Origin: Bifidobacteriaceae bacterium
GTDB taxonomy: Bacteria; Actinomycetota; Actinomycetes; Actinomycetales; WQXJ01
Assembly (NCBI GenBank): GCA_031281585.1
Contig: JAITFE010000060.1
Span: forward strand, 26,782 to 90,781
DNA: 64,000 bases
Direction: 5' to 3'
Each line of letters starts with the position of its first letter. Within the stretch, counting starts at the first letter, position 1. The notes beneath the pieces were generated by a model. That model was not told the origin of the DNA. It saw only the letters and a list, made by a program, of their open reading frames with translations, and ran no database searches. This document shows positions 21,001 to 25,575 of the stretch, one piece after another. The position numbers and the translations under genes are program-made.

Positions 21001-22682
21001 CCGTCGGCGCGGGCGCCGAAGCAGGGCCCGGACTTCGCTTGGGCCTGATAGTCGCCGTCTTGGGTGAAACAGTAGGGGCGCAAGGCGTTGACGGGGTTGT
21101 CCGCGAAACGGAACTCGCCCGCCGAAGCGTAGGTTTGGGCGGCGTTGACGCCGTTTATCTGCGGCCGCCTGAGCCGCACCAAGAACTCCCCCTCGGCGGC
21201 CGGCAACATGGCCGAATAGCCCCCCGACCCGTCGGTTGTGAGCGTCCCCTTGAGCGCCCATTGGGAGGTGCCCGAGGCACCGGTTTTCTGCCAGATCTCG
21301 ACCGGGATGTTCCCGGCCCCGCCCTCGCCGTTGTCGCGCCTCGAATTCGCGTTCGCGTCGTTGAAGACGGTTCCGTCAATCAGGGGCGCCATCTGGGCGG
21401 AGGCCAAATCTTTCGGATAACCGGGAGGGTCCCCCTTGCCGCCAAGGTTCTCGATCGCCCCGGACAGCGGATCGTAACGCCAGACCGGCGAACTGGCGAT
21501 CGACTCCTGCACATACATCTTCCCGTTCATGAAAGCCATCCCGTAATTCGACGCGTTTGAGGATTTTCCGGTGAAGAACTTGACCACCTGGTAGGTGTAC
21601 TTGCCCATCGGATCCGGCTCGCCCGCAACGGTGGCGGGCACGTTGATCCGCAACAAAACATGACGGTCGTCCGCGTTGCGCGCAAAGACATAGGCGTTGC
21701 CGTTGGCGTCAATGGCCATGTCGGACCCTATGTACCAATATTCGGTGCGAGGAAACGGCGGTTTCCCGAACTGCTTGTCCCAGGCGCCGTAAATGGTGTC
21801 GTTCAGGGCGGTGGTGGTGCCGCCATTGGAGGCGAGGCAGGTCAGCGTCCGCTTGCCGCCGGCGTCCTTGGCGACTCGGAAGATGGACAACCTCAGGCCC
21901 TCCTCGGTCGTGGCGTCGGCGCCGATCAGCTCGTCCACCGCGGTGGTCATGATCGCGTACACGTAGCCGTTCTTTTGGTTGATCTCGCCGCTGTAGGCCA
22001 AGGGCCCGGAGCAGTCCCGGCCTCCCGGTTTGCCGCCGAAGGCTCCCAAGGAGATGGCGTTGACCTGCTTCGTCGCGTTGTCGCGCTCCATCAGGGTGAC
22101 CGGGATGCCGGGGGCGGAATACCAACCGACGGCGTGGAGCGTGTAGTCGCCGGTCTTCGCGTAAACCGGGCCGACTCCCAGCGTCTCCCACAGGTCGGGG
22201 GTGGCCGAGCCGTTGCCGGTCCGGTCCTTGTCCATGATCAGCGCGGCAGTCGGGAGCTCGGTGTCATTCCAGGGCGATGACCATTTGTAGGCCACGGTGA
22301 GGTCGGCAGAGCTCAGAGCGTAAAGATCCGAACGCGAGAACTCCCCCTCCCATCCGCCCAGGTAGGCGGTGGCGGCGCCGGGGCCGGATTGCCACAGGCC
22401 CACACCGGTCAGGGCCGTCAGCGCCGCCAGGTGCCAGGCGACCAGGCGCCCCCACCACGCGCGTCGCGCGGAACGTTGGCGCCCGCGGCCAGTGTGGGAG
22501 CGATGGCGGCCAATCGGTCCGGCGTTGCGTCCGGCTCCGCCGCCGTTGGCGCCGGCCGCGCTGGCGTGGCGGTCGACTCGCTGGCCTGGGGCGCGGCCCC
22601 CGGCCGGGCCGGACCGGTCGTTGGAAGGGACGGTTGCGCTCATCGTTGATCCCCCGATGATGTGGCCTTGCGGGCCGCCCAC
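6087..22682 (-). CDS. Giant (5531 aa) LPXTG-anchored adhesin-like protein built mainly of invasin/intimin-type (Big_1-like) Ig repeats
   Basis: Single uninterrupted 16,596-nt ORF.
- N-terminus: an Arg/Gly-rich tail followed by a hydrophobic helix (LVAWHLAALTALTGVGLW).
- aa about 105-435: a globular region I cannot assign.
- An SdrD-B/Cna-B-like segment (DGTVFNDANANSRRDNGE).
- A GEVED-like domain (WGDAPASY...PQGEIEDYALG).
- Then dozens of roughly 95-100-aa repeats with the recurrent pattern F.AGP...S....ADG....TVTV.DA.GNPV.GA.V.F.
- C-terminus: a Pro/Ser-rich stalk, LPFTG, a TM helix and RRRLR.
- The start is uncertain (22682 or the ATG at 22643). Confidence 0.93.
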   Translation of the reverse strand: MGGPQGHIIGGSTMSATVPSNDRSGPAGGRAPGQRVDRHASAAGANGGGAGRNAGPIGRHRSHTGRGRQRSARRAWWGRLVAWHLAALTALTGVGLWQSGPGAATAYLGGWEGEFSRSDLYALSSADLTVAYKWSSPWNDTELPTAALIMDKDRTGNGSATPDLWETLGVGPVYAKTGDYTLHAVGWYSAPGIPVTLMERDNATKQVNAISLGAFGGKPGGRDCSGPLAYSGEINQKNGYVYAIMTTAVDELIGADATTEEGLRLSIFRVAKDAGGKRTLTCLASNGGTTTALNDTIYGAWDKQFGKPPFPRTEYWYIGSDMAIDANGNAYVFARNADDRHVLLRINVPATVAGEPDPMGKYTYQVVKFFTGKSSNASNYGMAFMNGKMYVQESIASSPVWRYDPLSGAIENLGGKGDPPGYPKDLASAQMAPLIDGTVFNDANANSRRDNGEGGAGNIPVEIWQKTGASGTSQWALKGTLTTDGSGGYSAMLPAAEGEFLVRLRRPQINGVNAAQTYASAGEFRFADNPVNALRPYCFTQDGDYQAQAKSGPCFGARADGVDPPNVADPLAASGGAGIVSHVVMRSDLAVVTADFGITTTGSWGDAPASYKTTNAQQGPYANARLGSDRYLYLGAAAGAYADGQPSALADAHATDDGLEMAPVVAGETDADRSWAPAQGQIMVSGGRYRFRAKASGLADAVKNAHVKAWITSLTEGGVAASAMDRPLLGAGGGCDDAPDAEGYVYCDYQADQGAPKGSVTPLFARLRVGPDTGFTATSHGPVDGAKDAWAPQGEIEDYALGLAGGVLRVQARTLGGNAANANLALANVAGAGPSSAQDRILTNASGTFEVSRTGHALTSRTAPVVLDTTGVGAASAAGMNGWRLSAGVQAGKPVDTWCYDSATQTDLGAAVDQAAAKVTVPVPAAGRLPADITCQLTYAPAVDFAVSTVTADPSGNSASADRLTIPDGNAAVVVALKGVVQDQAGAAVTVPVGGAEVALALAPRAGTGATQAGARFQYSENDAATWQDAGQSHTCVVGQDGACDTPVRVIASVRGGYDLTANVDGAYLDNAATGEPTATSPVDVWFKEGAAASGQIDLADTADRTANYGVAGAGQGDFYVLGIQVADAAGNGVTGLTDADFAKTCAAGADSAPGTTCPAEVGVVFGAVAEDKADGREGRYTVAVYSTKSGPKSLGVWVSGVNGALPSRQDPNRRHVTATFLPMASIDPATSTFDVTSTGVRFASAANGAAANTYHEGVVTLRDANGNPITGALAAGKLAWAELAPPPNRVEFAEDTASGQAGLYQVRIWSDQAAAYSGKRVSFAQADSSLAYLAEPQTFEFAPPGPSTSGSGMSITADADQPANHDAPGSQPASWGRQTVTVTLRDAEGRPYEDAIGRLAASSPDAKVYFAAPAGSAGQFGCAAAPVGGRCPDGVYALEVYSGRAGSKTVSVTYTGADGAKQTIAEEGTGNDHVTAVFATPPPDPDWSVFVLGDPTLYPEETEGFDNWNDPADEPDGGDSISHDTGVAFHPGVRVWDAGRNNPVAGAEVRLTLSQPCAAEFVHSTADPADPANQIILRTSGDGKAPAEVNSAADSRCVIVAEIMAGGQWRPVKGSPKVLTWKDTEIDANASSFTVSSEEVVANGRDTGVITATLIGDNANPITTAGAALVASGPVGAGVKISAFTPDPAVNGRYTADFTGLKAGRQQIVVEAGGAFLPLAPDGNRYANLVAGPPVAAESWLVQPSGSAPADGVATRPVMVRAFDEQGNPAAGGSAVFAIPAGTSAVNPASGGVTVTGPGAVTAPIADGQARIDLAATVAAVHKVSATVAGEPVETVKNAAEDTTLRVDGQAEVTFTPGPPDPAMSELSIPTAGVDGLAAKEVGGVEKHTAQVQVRDAQGNAIVDGSSQVVFRWEHTDLAGRLVTGSTAAVAADGQGVASYDFGSTVATTWTVWARVEGTAADAAGSPKQARFSPGPVDRWATLGSFTVDSTVKRADGVANAAAQLTAQDQYGNPVEGADLKFALVYDGNQGPAFGDALGGAKEAAAKSGPDGVARAFVYSVWPGDFDVRGVWQTSQSAVRQVHFSNLSADPDKSRFRVERSQSNVGQPAFADGSDAYVVTVSLRDANNVPVNNAGAQVGFSPRNIPGAAPVFYPVRSGSAGRGQATVDLRTLKAGVWDVTVAIGNNRLGTESDPGVKSVAVTFLPGPAAVGPGASRLVAPVAPAKADGRETQVVRAEIADANGNPVGGEVVEFAIPADVSAVTGDGRQVPGPARVVVDSGAGGADLGVAELTLVSTKTGAYAVTARLAAQAIGDGSPALAVFVNADLDPGRSELTIPTAGQVKTVAVEFHTAQATLRDVSGNLYTPAVLVSFYYRLAGASVWSAGPIVESVDGVADWTDFTVDRAGAYEVRADVAAGRIAEAVPARQARFKAGPASAANSSFSASVGVVVANDVDTHSATVQVRDALGNPVAGEAVSFGLSGDTAAHFAGAGCGARTCAVTTSATGSASVRIASGEDTTTHVQAVINQADRIGEADLIFAKSAADPSRSSWSIAPAGPLVADGQASFTATVLVLNVDGQVKEGVEVGIAAPPAVTVSPAGPHLTGSDGRLEVQFTSVVAGTYTVNALIGADPIPEADQQITFVAGPISHEPGRTFLTGPASSAVADGQATQVVTATVADAHGNPVTGATVRFDVPAGAALAAGASAEVEVDGQGRAQLALVSFTAGTYEVTAAVRGGGEDAYQDITGGSPALATFVAGPVSPAHSVISSVPQGPLPADGITAFSVKAELMDQYGNRVETAGLPVAFTFELMQPDGTMPAPGVAPVTRSVLTDSAGVAATTFTTTRAGVWRATAQVGAATVAQGSPLQLRFNPLGAAAGASQFEVTPGNVLADGAASHAAWAIVKDVNGNPVPGAQVSFGVAAGAPGVPGPTLAPPDGVVTACDPTAPGQPTWCDQPGKAQVAITSQEPGSFNVTAAVGGATVAGAPQPVSFVAGSPDAAASSYVLDPDTAAAPQASIEASGNPDDAYTLTVQVKSASGILVPDARVRLVGLDTTKVHIVQAGGTGGATGAPASANYGTHTWNLYSATAGVYTATVQVNTTGNQWAPVAPDPVTLRFNAGAGAAVESWLVQPDGSAVANGADQLQVKAHIRDASGNNAGAGRVVFTVPPGLTATVAGTDTAGGPMPTVDAPISGGYATVLYKSTAAGEYPVSAKLDGDDISVVKDARESATLATSGRALLAFTAGPAASDKSVLTVPTAAGGATKVADGRQTHRAEVRVEDAFGNPVAGAQVFFRYGPDEARLTELAVAADREGLAAVDFASTQAAAFQVRAYLAGAEVTGSPATARFVAGPLDLARTLASFEVQDSVAPATGAHPLWVRMKAQDAQGNALSGVALGFKLTGAGDGPVFTPLADGRKEVDGESGPDGYLTADVVSEFEGAFPVVGVFGASQTDPKDLVFTSDTAEPTTSWFTVDRNPANAGNPATADGRDSYRVTVNLRSVDGHPLNGVRAIVKVTDPATGRVLQYPVTSGRLDGQSGTAVHEVTSTQAGSFNVTVELGGDQLSLGQAGASAKSAQVVFNPGPPDALTSRLIGPRTGPAKADYREQQIITAELRDAQSNPLAGASVAFAIPANVTAVEEATRLETPGPVTVAVHADASGQARLVLASKVVGVYDVTATVGAMAITEGSPAKAVFVNAAVSAGRSLFAIPTANQVMPVRTGFHTPTVRLFDASGNPYTAASVPVTFNWRPQGAGVWSGSKVVESTGGTAQWTDWTVAVAGVYEVQATIPSGQVGEVLAARFGPGPAVPAGSVFTSSAGTKVANDGSSAHFAQVLVQDAVTGGNPVEGEPVTFKVGGSARIAGAPGDGQTVTVASSAAGLARIDISDTAVESVQVTAEVGGVQVGSAELEFGPGAPSAAQSSWTVTPTTALGADHPAVAADGLDSWQAVVTVRDAGNLAVGGAEVQFEVPGAVAIQPRGPHTTDQSGRVGVTFTAKAAGSYQVRAMIGAAAVAPDRQTIEFAAGPIAPDVSYLEGPGVTAVADGRDQLPVRAYILDAQGNPVPGARVAFALPADLEAASSNTGDGTFSDPATLENGDGPVAAPDGIGDGDGPSSAAEVAPTEVVVQADPQTGLAEVAVTATKAGVYQVTAKSQLEGAAAWTPIEKGSPAVAQFVAGPISPSGSLITATPKAPLQLGVGGATYQVSVQLRDQRGNPVKQADVPIQYRFFPSGDTSDPAAFCTQAPDQDTRFASALTDAAGTATVPFASTKAGPWHGCGFYAGDQIVGGSPVDLTLTAGAMDLVKSDFEVSQNLVLADGQASHYGQVVIRDSFGNPLGGRAVTFQIGAGAPGVPGPNVKGQQTGTVTVTTCDPASGANAPEWCFDGGVLQAGLAMAHFTSEEPGTFPVSATAGGAPVDGSPKPVSFTAGPASAADSAWAIDPDTADPATGADVSLPASGQPADSYTLTVTARSAAGLLVPGARVRLAGLPTSVKIADDAVEGLTGAPSSSAFGRFSWRLYSSVAGTFTGRVQVWEADGWADVGVPFTVRFGAAAPDPDASWLAQPAGAAVADGVAELPVAAELRDANGNPVSGAEVVFHLPAGLAVACGTDQDAVAGPGSVVATAVAGAATCRFTSLRAGRYVVTAALAGPPERPLLTVKDAAGSTTLGTDGKVALTFVAGTPSGAASELAIPTGAEPKRAGEEQHVATVTVRDAAGNAVEGAPVVFQWARGSATAPGAGPWTTSEAQRSGPDGQASVPFGAPGDKAGWVWVRAFVEVDGVPQAVGGPQADPDYGQSVKRAEFVAGPVDPARTAASFETFRPAVPANLTDQSWARVVVQDRFGNGVPGAKVSFTVPAAQPGTAGTPVFADGSRPPEAKELTVASCPAQAAGGAEPQGGGAVGRAQNQGAAAEAAGAPGLSSPTDVAAAAGSAGDAANVSAAPANCLKDGVYTPGLAYAPIVSAFAGTFPVSATVAAGALTVDLSPGDVAFAAGDQAGSAAASSFTLLRTDSTAAVVTADGADSYTLTATVMNGQTGAAAAPVAGACVTPQLPAGMSVVSPAEPGGSCPVGSYATGDDGRVAIQVTSTVAGWALVGANLGGSPIPTEPGGHRHARTALFVGGPPDASRSELTSPPAPARADDPAGQTVTATLRDANGNLASCWSGGRQLPCPVALSVPAGTWVGEGSGQVTGPAVVHAAASLVDYGPAPSGDGAGGEIAAPASGGVATAVYRGAEGRYDVTGVVGDKPVGIADGVVAPDETARARIAFTDSTPPSPARPDPTDGGRLTGQVAAEDSAAAAAGELSVTVEDSQGRPLANCPVGRDGRFDCGLTPKQPEGAIVTVTVTDAAGNSTGVKWRVGQPQVNLSLGTLCGAARQAATGRNFQPGEDVTATTGDGALLGTAKADADGRVELAWTTPADSPNGQQTVVLTGPLSGRHSAGYKVDCPGPPVSPSPSASPTSPGSPSASSAPGWAASQAPTAGPGHTVPPAQPPGARPPGGLPFTGPAAIGLGLVACALILAGGAAGAAARRRLRAQ

Positions 22683-22949
22683 GGCGCGGTGTCCCGCGTC
22701 CGCGTCGAGCGCCCCGGTGGCTGTTGATGTGGCGCCGCCAGCATAAGCAGCCGGGGCGGGTCGAAGCCCGCTTGAGCGTTCTCAGGCCCACCAGTTGAGA
22801 ACCGCCGATGCCGTCCACGGGCCAGGCGCTGAGCCCGCCGCGCCGTTCACGCCGGGAGGCTCGCCGCCGGAGGTTCGCCGCCGGCCGCCGCTCCGGGGCG
22901 GGGCCGTTTGGGCGGCCACTTTCGTCGCTGGACTCGGCACCGGCCGCCG

Positions 22950-23080
22950 GCCCCTCCGCTCAACCCTCCCGAACGCCCCCTTCGGGCCGCCCGGCCCAAC
23001 CAGCAGACGCGGACCCGCCGCCCCACCGCCGACCCCTCCGCTCAACCCTCCCGAACGCCCCCGTTGGGCCCGCCCGAGCC
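22950..23080. repeat. Direct repeat, about 73-bp unit, 2 copies
   Basis: CCCCTCCGCTCAACCCTCCCGAACGCCCCC..GGGCC.GCCCG occurs at about 22958 and about 23031, between the mshA stop and the giant-gene start. Confidence 0.7.
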
Positions 23081-23082
23081 AG

Positions 23083-24351
23083 TCAGCGCGGAGCGGACGC
23101 GGCGACCGCCGCGTAAGTGGCCGCAAGGGCCGCGGCGACATGGTCCCAGGTCCGCTCGCGTCCCAAGTTGACCCCGCCGGCGCTGAGTTTGCGGGCCAGT
23201 TCCGCGTCTTGCAGCACCCGCCGGATGGCGCCGGCCCAAGCTTCGGGCCGGCGCGAGCGAACCAGCAGGCCGGTCACCGAATCGATCACAGAAGACCGCA
23301 GCCCGGTGGTGTCAGAGCCGATCACGGGCGCCCCGCAGGCCGCAGATTCGATGGCCACCAGGCCAAAAGTCTCGGAATGCGAAGGCATCAGGCTGGCCCG
23401 CGCGCCCCGGAGCAGCTCCGCCAGGCGTTCGGGGCGCTGAGTGCCCATGAAGACCACGTCGCCGGCCAGACCCAGGGCCGCCACCAGGGATTTCAACGAG
23501 GCCGCGTACTCCAGGTGGCCCGGTCCGGGCGCCCCCGTCACCACCAACGCGGGCCGGAGCCCCGGCGGCAATTCGGCCAGCGCCCTGATCGCGAGGTCCT
23601 GTCCTTTCAGCGGCTGAATCCGCCCGATCATCATCAGATAGCCGGCCCGCCGCCGCAACGCCTCCGGCAAGTCGTCCGGGCATGGCCCCGGCCCAGGCCC
23701 GAACACGGAGCCGTCCACACCGGGGCTGATCACCGCGACCCGTTCGCCCGGGACGCCGTAATCCCGCACGATCGCGTCCCTTTCCGCCGCGCTCACCGTC
23801 ACGACCCGCGCCGCCCGCCTCGCCAATCCTTGTTCGCCTGCCAGGCGGGCGGATCCCTCGGGGGCGTCGCCGCTGGCCAGCGCCCGGTTCTTGATGGTCG
23901 CCACAGTGTGCAGCGACTGCACGTGAGGGATGCCCCAGGCCTCCGCGGCCGCTTCGCCAGCCAACCCCGACAACCAGTAGTGCGAGTGGACCACGTCCGG
24001 CTTGGGATAACGCCCCAAGGCGGCCGCGAACTCGCCCGCCAGCGGGGCCAGCTCTGACTTGTCCACCGGGGCGACCGGCCCGGCTCTGAGGTAGTGGGCC
24101 ACCGCTCCGCCAATGGACTGGCTGGGGTGGGCCAAATCGGCCGCCGAGGTGGCGCGCGAGTAAATGTCGACCCGATGCCCGGCCCTCGCCAAGGCGGCCG
24201 CAGCCGCCTTCAGGTAAACGTTCATCCCGCCCGCGTCGCCAACACCGGGCTTGACCAGCGGAGAGGTGTGCAGCGAGATCAGCGCTATCCGCAGGCCCCG
24301 CGGTCCGGCCGGGTGGGCCAGGACCTCGCAGGTCGAGTCGCAGACGGTCAT
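23083..24351 (-). CDS. mshA: D-inositol-3-phosphate glycosyltransferase (mycothiol biosynthesis), GT4 family
   Basis: 422-aa ORF. The N-terminal signature RIALISLHTSPLVKPGVGDAGGMNVYL is typical of MshA, and a GT-B C-terminal half (PSHSETFGLVAIESAACGAPVIG) follows. The start ATG overlaps the stop of the upstream gene (ATGA at 24348-24351). Confidence 0.85.
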   Translation of the reverse strand: MTVCDSTCEVLAHPAGPRGLRIALISLHTSPLVKPGVGDAGGMNVYLKAAAAALARAGHRVDIYSRATSAADLAHPSQSIGGAVAHYLRAGPVAPVDKSELAPLAGEFAAALGRYPKPDVVHSHYWLSGLAGEAAAEAWGIPHVQSLHTVATIKNRALASGDAPEGSARLAGEQGLARRAARVVTVSAAERDAIVRDYGVPGERVAVISPGVDGSVFGPGPGPCPDDLPEALRRRAGYLMMIGRIQPLKGQDLAIRALAELPPGLRPALVVTGAPGPGHLEYAASLKSLVAALGLAGDVVFMGTQRPERLAELLRGARASLMPSHSETFGLVAIESAACGAPVIGSDTTGLRSSVIDSVTGLLVRSRRPEAWAGAIRRVLQDAELARKLSAGGVNLGRERTWDHVAAALAATYAAVAASAPR

Positions 24352-25565
24352 GCGCTGGCCGCCGTCGCCGCGAGGACCTCGACGCCAACCCGGATGGCGC
24401 CTTCGTCCGGGTCAAAATCGGGCTGGTGGAGGTCGGCTGGTTGGGCGCCGGGAATGCGCACGCCGAGTCGCATCAGGGCCCCCGGCACTTCGCGCAGGTA
24501 CCAGGCGAAGTCCTCCCCGCCCATGGACTGTTCCGCCACTAGGACGTTGTTGCCGCCCAGCACCGCTCTGGCGGCGGCGCCCACAAGCCCGGTCACGGCC
24601 GGGTCGTTGACCACCGGGGGCACGCCGGATTGATAGTCCAGTTGGGCCCGGATGCCGTACTGTTCGGCCAGCAGGGGCACCGCCTGCTTGACGATCTCCG
24701 CCGCCCGGTGCCAGGTCCGCATGTCGCCGGCCCGCAATGTGCCCTTGATGACGGCCGAGGAGGGGATGGCGTTGTGGACTTCGCCGGCGTGAACTGCCCC
24801 CCATGTGAGGGACACCACCGAGCGCGGATCGAGCCGCCGGTCCAAGACGGCCGGCAGGCCGATCAAGAGCTGGCCGACCGCGTAGACCAGGTCCTGGGTC
24901 AGTTGCGGGCGGGAAGTGTGGCCGCCTTCGCCGTAGGCGTAGATGGTCACCAGGTCTGCGGCCGAGGTGATCGACCCGGTCTTGATTGCCACGGTCCCAA
25001 CTTGGTAGCGGGGATCGCAGTGCAGGGCCACGATCCGGTTGACCGAGTCGAGGGCGCCTTGGCCGATCAGTTCTTTGGCACCGGACGGCTGGACCTCCTC
25101 CGCCGGCTGGAAGATCAGCCGCACGGGTGAACGCAACAGCCCGGCCCGGTGTAATTCGGTCAAGACCAGCCCGGCGCCCAGGGCGCAGGTGGTGTGCATG
25201 TCGTGGCCGCAGGCGTGGGAGGCCCCATCCTTGACCGAACGCCAGGGGGTGGCGGTGCCGTCCCCGATCGGGAGGGCGTCAATGTCGGCCCGGATCGCGA
25301 GACGCGGCCAGCCCGCCTCCTCGATCGAGGGTCCCAGGTCGCACATGAGGCCGGTGCCGTTGAACCGCCTCGGATCGAGCCCCGCCTCGGCCAGGCGGCG
25401 CAGAATCACCGAAGTGGTCCGCACCTCTTGACGGGCGATCTCCGGATGGCGGTGCAGGTCCCGCCGGATTTCGATGAGTTCGTCAAGCAGGCGACCCGCG
25501 CCGCGTCTGATGGCTTCGCGGGTGGCCGGTGCCAGGGTCGGGGAATCACCGAGCTGACTGGACAC
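24348..25565 (-). CDS. M20-family amidohydrolase (N-acyl-amino-acid amidohydrolase / hippurate hydrolase-like)
   Basis: 405-aa ORF with M20D-like motifs (ACGHDMHT, IFQPAEE, GGEDFAWY). Confidence 0.8.
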   Translation of the reverse strand: MSSQLGDSPTLAPATREAIRRGAGRLLDELIEIRRDLHRHPEIARQEVRTTSVILRRLAEAGLDPRRFNGTGLMCDLGPSIEEAGWPRLAIRADIDALPIGDGTATPWRSVKDGASHACGHDMHTTCALGAGLVLTELHRAGLLRSPVRLIFQPAEEVQPSGAKELIGQGALDSVNRIVALHCDPRYQVGTVAIKTGSITSAADLVTIYAYGEGGHTSRPQLTQDLVYAVGQLLIGLPAVLDRRLDPRSVVSLTWGAVHAGEVHNAIPSSAVIKGTLRAGDMRTWHRAAEIVKQAVPLLAEQYGIRAQLDYQSGVPPVVNDPAVTGLVGAAARAVLGGNNVLVAEQSMGGEDFAWYLREVPGALMRLGVRIPGAQPADLHQPDFDPDEGAIRVGVEVLAATAASA

Positions 25566-25575
25566 GACCTAAACC

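Noticed and set aside
6087-22682. Many long ORFs on the opposite strand or in other frames inside the giant adhesin gene, for example 9028..10923 (631 aa), 10746..12032 (428 aa), 15219..17465 (748 aa) and 17856..19754 (632 aa).
   Set aside because: Their products are Arg/Gly/Pro-rich with no motifs, and they are nested in a frame whose product has coherent Ig-domain periodicity and a sorting signal. Long stop-free alternative frames are expected at about 70% GC.
22795-24415. ORFs 22795..24057 (+, 420 aa) and 23312..24415 (-, 367 aa) overlapping mshA.
   Set aside because: They are alternative or antisense frames of a gene with a clear MshA/GT4 signature, and their products are Arg/Gly/Pro-rich.
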